DNA from: Hypanus sabinus
Lineage: Eukaryota
Assembly (NCBI RefSeq): GCF_030144855.1
Contig: NC_082731.1
Coordinates: forward strand, 26,908,001 to 26,972,000
Direction of reading: 5' to 3'
DNA: 64,000 nt
Part shown: positions 11,925-22,400 of the stretch, in pieces
Numbering within the stretch: position 1 is the first letter of the stretch
Layout of the letters: every line of letters begins with the position of its first letter
Notes under the pieces: model-generated
What the model was told of the DNA's origin: nothing
The model's database searches: none
Seen by the model: the letters and a program-made list of their open reading frames with translations, nothing else
Made by a program: the position numbers and the translations under genes

Positions 11925-12810
11925 AAACATTAGCCCAACGGTGGATCACCCTAAAGGTCTGTACTGGTATTCATATTTTTGTTTTGGAGTGACCTTGGAG
12001 AATAATGACAGACATCTCTTCATGGGATTCCATCTCGTGCAATGAGGACAGACTGTCTGTTATTTCGTTCACCTTCGACACAGGTTAAGGTCTGTACTGC
12101 ACCTTGTCACACACAATATCATACTCTCCTGTCTATATTTCAGGTTCAGCAGTGACCAGCAGATACACGCCCCACATTCAGACAAGAAATCCCCATGTGG
12201 CTGCGATGTTTGGAAATGGAATCTCCATCTCACTCACTCAACAATCCGAGGCTACTGCACTGCAGCTGCTCATTTCAGAATATAAACCTCTAGATGCACC
12301 AGGGATGCCAGATGGAAAATGGGGGCACGGAGCCGGTTAGGTGGCCAGAGGGACAGCAGTGGATGATACATTGGGAAAATGGCAGGATATGTGACACTGG
12401 AGGTGGTATACAAGAGAGGAGAGGAAGGCAGCATTAAGCCTTGTGAATGGGGAACAGGGGTTGGGAGTTTTGTTAGAGAAGGAGAAGAGGGAGGTGAGGA
12501 AATGGATTTTATTGTTAAGGAGCAAGAAATTGATGTGGGGGGTTGATTGTGGTGGAGGGTGGGCTCAGTGTCTTCTTCTGTCATATTTTGTAAATCAGAC
12601 GTTATGGAAATCATTGCCTGTACCATTTCTTTCATTATTCCACTGGAGTTTATTTCATGATTTGAAAATGTATATATTAAAAACAAAGAAAATGAGACAA
12701 TGAAGTGTCTGGAGTTGATAAAAATGAGGAAAGCCATTCATCCCATCTTAGTTCCCTCATCACTGCAGTGACTTCACCTGCCTACAAGTACAACAAGTGG
12801 GTTTTGCATC
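11925..12810. repeat. Non-TE-looking block paralogous to 56108-57120
   Basis: Shared strings AACATTAGCCCAAC, GACAGACATCTCTTCATGGG, GTGACCAGCAGATAC, TGTAAATCAGA.GTTATGGAAATCATTG, AAGCCATTCA.CCCATCTTAGTTCCCT. Confidence 0.8.
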
Positions 12811-12822
12811 CCGTAAGACCAT

Positions 12823-15410
12823 AAGACAAAGGAGCAGAAGTCGGCCATTTGGCCCATCGAGTCTGCTCCGCCATTTCATCATGAGCTGATCCAATCTCCC
12901 CTTTAGTCCCATTCCCCTGCCTTCTCACCATAACCTTTGATGTCCTGACTACTCAGATACCACCCGCGGCAACAAATTCCACAGATTCACCACCCTCTGG
13001 CTATTTTTTTCTTTTTTTTGCATCTCCATTCTGAATGGATGCTCTGCAATCCTCAAGTCACGTCCTCTCGTAATAGACTCCCCCACCATGGGGAACAACT
13101 TTGCCACATCCACTCTGTCCATGTCTTTCAACATTCGAAATGTTTCTATGAGGTCCCCCATCATTCTTCTAAACTCCAAGGAGTACAGTCCAAGAGCGGT
13201 CAAACGTTCCTCATTTGTTAACCCGCTCATTCCCGGAATCATTCTAGTGAATCTTCTCTGTAACCTCTCCAACGTCAGCACATCCTTTCTTAAATAAGGA
13301 GCCCAAAACTGCACACAGTATTCCAAGTGAGGTCTTACCAGTGCCTTATAGAGGCTCAACATCACATCCCTGCTCCTATACTCTATTCCTTGAGAAACGA
13401 ATGGCAACATTGCATTCGCCTTCTTCACCACCGACTCAACCTGGAGGTTAACCTTAAGGGTATCCTGCATGAGAACTCCCATGTCCCGTTGCATTTCAGA
13501 ACTTTGAATTCTCTCCCCATTTAAATCATAGTCTGCCCGTTTATTTTTTCTACCAAAGTGCATGACCGTACACATTCCGACATTGTAATTCATTAGCTAC
13601 CTCTTTGCCCATTCCCCCAATCTATCCAAGGCTCTCTGCAGACTCTCTATTTCCTCAGCACTACTGGCCCCTCCACCTATCTTTGTATCATCAGCAAGCT
13701 TAGCCACAAAGCCATCTATTCCATCATCCAAATGGTTGATATACAACGTAAAAAGAAGTGGCCCCAACACAGACCCCTGCGGAACACCACTGGTAACCGG
13801 CAGCCAACCAGAAAGTGATCCTTGCATTCCCACTCCCTGTTTCCTGCCAATCAACCACCAGTCTATCCACGTATGTAACTTTCCTGTAATTCCATGGGCT
13901 CTTGTTTGGCAGCCTCATGTGCGGCACCTTGTCAAAAGCCTTCTGAAAATCCAAACACACAACATCCAGTACATCTCCCTTGTCTAGCTTACTTGTACTT
14001 TCCTCAAAAAATTGCACTAGGTTTGTCAGGCAGGATTTTCCTTTAAGGAAACCATGCTGAGTTCTGCCAATCTTGACATATGGCTCCAGCTACTCCGTAA
14101 CCTCATCTTTGACAATCGACTCCAACAACGTCCCAACCACCGATGTCAAGCTAACAAGTCTATAATTTCCTTTTTGCTTCCTTGCCCCCTTCTTAAATTG
14201 TGGAGTTACATTTGCAATCTTCCAGTCCTCCGGAACCAGGCCAGAATCTATCAACTTTTGAAAGATCATTGCTAATGCCTCCGCAATCTCCACTGCTACT
14301 TCCTTCGGATCACGAGGGTGCATTCTATCTGGTACAGGAGATTTATTTACCCTTAGACTATTCAGCTTCCTGAGTACTTTCTTTGTCGTAATTGTGTCTG
14401 TGCTCATTTCTGTTCCCTAACATCTTGAATGTCTGGTATATTACTGGTCTTCCTCAGTGAAGACTGATGCAAAATACTCATTCAGTTCGTCCACCATCTC
14501 CTTATCTCCCATTACAATTTCTCCAGCACCATTTTCTATCGGTCCTATATCTACTCTCACCTGTCTTTTACTCTTTATATACTTGAAAAAGCTTTCAGTA
14601 TCCTCTTTGATATTATTTGCTAGCTTCCTTTCATAGTTCATCTTTTCTCTCTTAATGACCTTCTTAGTTTCCTTTTGTAAGCTGTTAAAATCTTCCTAAT
14701 CCTCTGTCTTCCCACTACGTTTTGCTTCCTTGTTTGCCCTCTACTTCGCTTTTACTTTGGCTTTGACTTCTCGTCAGCCACAGTTGCATCCTTTTTCCAT
14801 TCGAAAATTTATTTTTCTTTGGAATATATCCGTCTTACACCTTCCTCACTTCTCGCATAAGCTCCAGCCACTGATGCTCTGCCGTCCTTCCCAGTAGTGT
14901 CCATTTCCAGTCAACTTTGGCCAGTTCCTCTCTCATGCCACTGTAATTTCCTTTACTCCACTGAAATACCGACACATCGGATTTCGTCTTCTTTCTCAAA
15001 TTTCACAGTGAACTGAATTGTGTTGTGATCACTGCCTCCTAAGGGTTCTTTCACTTCCATCTCTTCCATTACCTCTGGTTCATTACACAATACCCAATCC
15101 AGTACAGCCAATCCCCCAGTGGGCTCAACAACAAGCTGTTCTAAAAAGCCATCTTGTAGACATTCTACAAATTCGGTCTCTTGAGATCCAGTGCTGACCT
15201 GATTTTCCCTAATCCACTTGCATGTTAAAATCCTCTACAATTATCATAACACTGCCCTTCTGGCAAGCCTTTTCTATTTTCTGTTGTAATTTGTAGTCCA
15301 CATCACTGCAGCTATTTGGAGGCCTGTAGATAACTGCCATCCGGGTCCTTTTACCCCTGCAATTTCTTAGCCCAACCCACAAAGATTCTGTACCTTTCGA
15401 TCTTATGTCA
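12823..15410 (-). mobile_element. CR1 LINE ORF2 (APE end, RT, 3' tail), relatively well preserved
   Basis: CLDFQKAFDKVPH, SGVPQGSVLGPLLF, ADDTKIGG, LVRPHLEYCVQFWAP, VIYRPPNS; tail CATAAGACCATAAGAC at ~12826. Confidence 0.9.
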
Positions 15411-18400
15411 ACTCTTTCTTTTTTTATATAATTTATTTTTTTATTGAAGTTCATCATCAAACATTTCCATAAGATGTGTTTCAGACATTGTACATATATA
15501 TCATATAATAAAGTATATCACAAATCTCCACAAAATATTTATCTGAGGGATATGCTTATAGAAAAGAGCAGAAAGAGAAAACAAGCAAAAGGAAAAAAAC
15601 TATGTACAAGTAGGGAGTGATCTTTTTTTTTGAACAGATTCATTGATTTGTGAGAATAAAATCAGGCCTATGAGTCATTATGTAGTTAAACCATTTTCCC
15701 AGTATGAATCAAATTGTTCCAGCTTATGATTAACAGATGCTGTTATCATCTCCATTTTGTAAATGTCCATTGTAATTTCCATCCATGTAGTTAAAGTTGA
15801 GTTCTCCTGTGATAACCACTTCCTAGTAAGTGTCTTTTTACCAGCCACTAATAGTATATTCATTAAATATTTTTCTATTTTCAACCATTCTTGAGGTATA
15901 TATCAAAAATATATCAGGGTCTATATATATATACACATACATATTTAGTGGTATTTCTTACTCTCTAAGGGTATTTCACATTTAAAGATGTCTTGTAGCG
16001 CATTGTCTATCCCCCTCCAATAGTTTTTGATAACAGGGTAGTCCCAAAAAATATGATAATGATTTGCATTTTGATTTCCACAATTTCTCCAGCAAACAGG
16101 GATAATGGGATCATAATGGGATTTCTGAGAGGTGTAATAAAATATCTTATCAAGTTTTTCCACACAAACTCCCTCCATTACTGTGAACTGGTACACTTCC
16201 ATTGATACCTCCATATTATTGTCCTTTCTACCTCAGATATAATTATCCCTCCGTCCTTCTCCCATTTAGTTTTAATGTATGAAGTCCAATGTGTTTTAAG
16301 ATTTGATAACCCCTTATACGTGCTTGGTATGATTCTACTACCATTATCTAAATTATATGCTTTTCTAAATAGCTCTATCAAGCATGTACTTGCCTTGGTT
16401 ACACTTTTAAGTGTCTTATTAACATATTGTCACATCTGTAAATATCAATAAAAATCTTGTTGTTCTAATGTGTTCCTCTTTAATCATTTCAAAACTGAAC
16501 AGTGTTCCTTCTTTCATTATGTTGCAAAGAACTGTTATTCCTTTAGCTGTCCAGTCCTTAAATCTAGCATCCAATTTATTTGATGAAAAATCTGAGTCAT
16601 ATGCACACCATTTAAGAATTGCAATATCTTCCTCTAGATTATATTCTTTTATAGTATTTTTCCATATTTTAAAAGTCAATTTCACCCATGGATTTTCAAT
16701 AGTATTTATGTACCTTTGCAGGTTGTTATCAGCCAAAATTGCTTGTATGGGGTGGGAAGTACGCGCTCCTCAATGTTTTTCCATTGAGCATCAAATGATG
16801 GGTTGCACCAACATATCACAGCTCTCAGCTGTGCTGCAAAATAATAATCTCTAAGAGAAGGTAGGCCCCATCCCCCCTTTTCCTTTGCTAATTGAAAAGC
16901 TTTGAGACAAACTCTAGGCCTTTTACCCTGCCAAATATACCTTGATAACATCTTGTTCCATTCGTTGAATTGATTTTGATTAATCTCTATTGATAGGGTC
17001 TGAAAGAGATGTAACAGTCTGGGCAGTATATTCATTTTAATAGACGCAATCCTTGAACTGAGACTGAAAAAAGGAATCAGGTTCTATCTTGCCATATCTT
17101 CCTTAATTTTTTATATAAAGGCTGATAACTACATTCTGATAATTTTGCCAAATCATTTGGCATTATGATGCCCAAATATTTGAAAGACTCTCTTTGCCAT
17201 GCCCAGGGATATCTACTTTCAGTTTCTCTTGGTGGGCTATAGTAATATGAAAGTAATTGGGTTTTATCTATGTTGATCTTGTATTCTGATAATAGACCAT
17301 ATTGTTCAAAGGATTGCATCAATTTAGGTATAGAGTATGTTGGTTGCCCTAGATAGATCAAAATGGCATCCGCATAACAAGGCAATTTATGCTCTGTCCC
17401 CTTAATAGTAATTCCGCTGATATCTTCATTTTGTCTAATGTATTGAGCTAATGGTTCCAGATATAATGCGAAGAGTAGGGGTGACCATACACAACACTGT
17501 CTCGTGCCCCTTTCTTGAGTAAGACTATTAGATAAATCCATTACTTTTAATCCTAGCAGCAGGGTTGTCATATAGTTTCTGTATAGTTTTAATAATTGTG
17601 TCTTGGAAACCAAATCTATGTAAAACTCTGTAAAGAAAATTCCAATTAAATGAATCAAATGCCTTTTCAGCGTCCATGCTTATCACTATTGCTTAGATTT
17701 TATTTTTTTGTATATGATCCATAATGTGAAGTGTCATTTGTATATTGTCTTGTGTTTGGCATTGTCGTATAAAACCTGTCTGATCGTTACGTATCTGCAT
17801 GGGTAGAAACTCCTCTAATCATTTGGCCATGATGGAGGTAAATAATCTGTAATCTAAATTAAGAATGGATATTGGTCTAAATAACCCGCATTCCATTTTA
17901 TCCTTGCCTTCTTTCAGTATAGCTGAGATTATCACTTCCTTCCAACTGGGTGGCATTTGTGCCTTTTTTCAAGCCCAGTTCAGTGTGGGGAGTAAAACAG
18001 GAATTAACTAATTTTTAAATTCTTTGTACCACTCTGCCATGTACCCATCTGATCCTGGTGACTTGCTTAATTTAAGCCTACTAATTGCAGCTTTTAATTC
18101 AACTTAAGTTATGTCAGCAATCATTGTTCTATTTTGTTCTTCGCTTAAAGTGGGTAACTCTAAAGAATTCAAGAAGGAGTCAACTTGGGTTATACTTCCC
18201 CCTGGAACTTTGGAATATAGAGTTTTGTAAAACACTTCAAAAGCTTCTTGAATTTCACTTAGCTTATTTTTTTTTATCATTTTCGTTCTTGGGTCCCTAA
18301 TTCTATGAATTGTATTTTCTGCTATCTTTTTTTTTCAGTTACCATGCCAGTATTTTCATAGATTTTGATCCACTTTCATAATGTCTGTTTCAGAAACATT

Positions 18401-19401
18401 AAATTTTTCCTGATTTCTTACATAGCCAAACTTCTAATTTCATTCCGAACATTTTTAATTTCCCCTAATGTATCCTGTGCCAAATTCCATTTTTTTCTTT
18501 ATTTCCTTCAGCCTATTTTGTAATTCCTCTAATGTTTTATTCCTTATTTTTCCTTATATGAAGATATCGCTTTAATTTTCCCTCTTAAGTCAGCCTTCAG
18601 AGTATCCCGTAGAATGGGAGGTGAAACCTCTCCATTATCATTAAATTCTAAGCAGAGACCAATTTCTTTTTTAATTTGTTCCTGAAAGTATGGATCTTTG
18701 AGTAGATTTGAATTTAGTTTCCAAATAGTATTCTTTGGTTGTAAGTCAAAATCAATAGATAAATATATAGGTGCATTGTCACTTACATCTATTGTCCCAA
18801 TTCCACAGGTGTTTATTTTGACTTGGTCTTTTCCAAATGTTATGATATAGTCTATTCTTGTATATACAGTATGAGGAGCAGAAAAAATGAGTGTAATCCC
18901 TTCTGTCGGGGAAAAGGTCCCTCCATATATCAATGAAACCAACATCCTCAAAAAGTGTATTAACTTTCTTATGTAAGGATTTTGTTTCATCGATTTTTCT
19001 ACTGGAAGAGTCTAAGTTTATTTGTAATTGTAAATTTAAGTCTCCCCCACATATCAGGAGACCTTCTGTTTCCGCTGCCATAATATCAGTAATTTTCTGA
19101 AAGAAAACAATATCACTTCCCGCGAGTGCGTATATATTCAGTAGAATAGCTGAATTTCTGTCTATATTCCCCCTTACCAGAATATATCTGCCTTCTTTAT
19201 CTCCCATTTTGAATACTTTTTCAAAATTTTGCTTACTTGAGATAAGAATAGCTACTCCTCTCCTATGACCTGATTTTTATGAGGAGAAAATCAAATTACT
19301 GAATCCCATTCTCTTCAGTTTTCTATGCTCATTATCACTTAAATGAGTTTCCGGTAAATATACTACATGGGCTTGTTCTTTTCTCATTTTGCATAAAATT
19401 G
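15411..19401 (-). mobile_element. Fish-type L1 ORF2 and 3' UTR (3' part of an element split by the Gypsy)
   Basis: [47 protein letters not shown]...HIFWD; poly-T (minus-strand poly-A) at ~15412-15445. Confidence 0.9.
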
Positions 19402-19484
19402 TGTTCGAGTTTCGGGAGACGCGATAGTGCGGGGTTTAAGTTCGGTGAAGGGTATTGGGCAGGTAGAATTGGTAGCGAGACGGT

Positions 19485-22400
19485 GTGGTAAAGAGGTGGG
19501 GTCTAGCTGGGTGTTGGTTCGTACGAGTGCTGAAGTCAGGACGGTGGAACTGCCGGCGACGGTCAGTGTACCGGGGGAGGCGGGGCTGTGGGGGCTCCAC
19601 TCCTACAAGGATGAGTCAGCTATTCAGTGGCTCTCTGGAGGAGGACAAGGTGGCGTGGACTATCCGGCAGGCTTATAGGAAAGGTCCCCCTCCATCCTTC
19701 GGGCAACTGATTAGAGAGGTGCGAGAGGAAGAGAGAGCATTGGGGCGGAAAAGGGGCACGGGCCTACGGGAGCGATCCTCAGCGATACAGGAAGTGGTGG
19801 CTGAGTGGAAGAATGACAAACCCCCGGGGAGTAGGGAACCCCCTTTGGAGGGGAGGGACAGGGGAGGTACCTACTCTCAGGGGCGATCAGTGCAGTGGAT
19901 TGGGAGCAGGAGCCGTCCTGGGAGAGGAGGGGCAGCCGGCAGTGTGTGCTTTAACTGTGGGAAGGAGGGTCACTTTAGGTGGGATTGTGAGAGACAAGGA
20001 GTCCCGCGGAGGACAAGCCCCCCTGCGACTAAGAAGGGAGAGGTGTCGGGGAAACTTAGGAGAGGCTCAGTGAGGGAATGGACTGGAGCCTCTGGAGGAA
20101 CACGTTCCCAGAGATCAGCCGGAAGACCACCGGGTGCCCACGCCTCTGTTCCGGATGGGCTGGTAGGACCCCGTGCCAGTGTGGGTCTACGGATAGAGGG
20201 AGTTTACGCAAAAGCCGTTCTTGATACTGGATCGCAGGTGACCTTATTGTACCGGTCTTTCTACAATCAACATCTAAAGCATTTGCCCGTAACGCCATTT
20301 GACGCCCTGCAGATTTGGGGTGTGAGCGAGGGTGACTACCCGTACGATGGGTACCTATCGGTGAGATTGGAGTTCTCGGAGGGCGATGTGGGAGTGTCGG
20401 AAGCTATTGAGACGTTGGTGTTGGTGTGTCCTGACCCGGTGGAAACCGGTGGTGCTGCCCTCCTGGTGGGGACTAACTCCCCAGTTGTGCGACGGCTCCT
20501 GGGAGCTTGTAAGGAGAAAGGGGGGGAAGACTTTCTGGAGACCCTCTCGGTGCATCCAGTGTTTCGAGCAGTGTTCGAAGAAGGGGTTGCCTCCCAAGGG
20601 CTGGACCCAGAGTGTAAACGAGGGACGGTGTGGTGTACGCAGGCGAGGCCCAAGGTGATCCAACCCGGGGAGGTAGCACTAGTGATGGGGACCCCCAGAT
20701 TCCCAGGAGTGCCGACAGGAGAAGCCCTGTTAGTAGATGCCCCAGACGATCTTGAAGGGGAGACACGATTTCCGGCGGGGGCGCTGGTGAGGCCCGAAGT
20801 GCAGAGACCAGGGGTGGTACATGCGAGGCGTATAGCTATAAGTGTCAGGAACACCACGGCAAGAGAAATCACCTTTAAGAGGGGAATGCCGCTGGCACAT
20901 CTGTTCCCGGTGACGGTAATGTCCAGCGCACCAGTGCGGACCCCTAACGGGGAGGGATCAGAGCATCGAAGGGAGCTGACCGCTGAAGCCTTTAACTTCG
21001 GGGATTCCCCAGTGTCGCCGGAGTGGAAACGCAGGCTAGTGGAGAAGATGCTGAAGATGGAAGCTGTTTTTTCTCGGGGCGAGTTTGATGTTGGCTGCTC
21101 CAAAAGCACTCGCCACACCATCCGGGTGACGGAGGACACCCCGTTCCGAGAGAGATCCCGGCGGCTGGCTCCGGCAGATGTTGAGGACGTGCGACAGCAC
21201 TTGTGCAAGTTGAAGGAGGCCGGAATCATAGCTGAGTCTCGAAGTCCTTATGCGTCCCCAATAGTGGTGGCACGGAAGAAGAATGGGCGAGTGCGCATGT
21301 GTGTTGACTACAGGACGTTGAATCGGCGAACTGTCCCTGATCAATATACTGTCCCAAGAGTCGAGGATGCGTTGGCCTGCCTGAGCGGTGCAAAGTGGTT
21401 CAGTGTGCTGGATTTAAGAAGTGGGTATTACCAGATCCCGATGAGTGCGGCCGATAAAGAGAAGACCGCTTTTATCTGCCCACTGGGGTTCTTTCAGTTC
21501 GAACGAATGCCCCAAGGCATATCCGGAGCCCCAGCCACCTTCCAGAGGCTCATGGAGAGAACTGTGGGGGATATGAATCTGTTGGAGGTGCTGGTGTACC
21601 TGGACGATTTGATAGTGTTTGGATCGACTTTGGAGGAACATGAGGAGAGACTGTTGAAGGTGTTGGGCCGTCTTAATGAAGAAGGGTTGAAGCTTTCCCT
21701 GGACAAATGCCAGTTCTGCAAGTCGTCGGTTAACTACATTGGCCATATCATTTCGCGAGAGGGAGTGGCTACTGATCCAACCAAGATAGAGGCTGTGACC
21801 ACCTGGCCGAGACCCCAGAAAGTGGGTGCTCTGCGCTCATTTTTGGGGTTCTGTGGGTATTACCGGCGATTTGTGAAAGGATACGCCAAAGTGTGTCACC
21901 CGTTAACTCAGCTGTTGTGTGGCTATCCCCCGGTGGGGAAGAAGAGGACGGGGAACCAGAGGCAGGAGGCTGGAGGATACTGGAACCCGGCGGAACCTTT
22001 TGGCTCGAGATGGGATGATCAATGTGAAGAGGCGTTCCGATCTTTGAAAAGGGCACTGACCCAGGCCCCGGTGTTGGCTTTTGCCGATCCCCAGAAGCCA
22101 TATGTGCTGCACACGGATGCCAGCCGAGAGGGTCTCGGGGCTGTTCTGTACCAGGAGCATGGCAAAGCATTGAGGCCGGTAGCCTTTGTCAGCCGAAGCT
22201 TGTCGCCATCGGAGAGAAACTATCCCACTCACAAGTTGGAGTTCCTGGCGCTGAAGTGGGCGGTGGTGGACAAGCTGGGCGATTACCTTTACGGAGCCAA
22301 GTTTGAGGTGAGAACGGATAACAATCCTCTCACTTATATTTTGACTTCGGCGAAGCTGGATGCCACAGGACATCGGTGGCTGGCGGCATTGTCGGTATAT

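Noticed and set aside
12270-12737. 155-aa Ser/Pro/Thr-rich minus-strand ORF, partly similar to 56741-57001
   Set aside because: Low complexity; the paralog differs in frame and length, so shared DNA ancestry explains the similarity.
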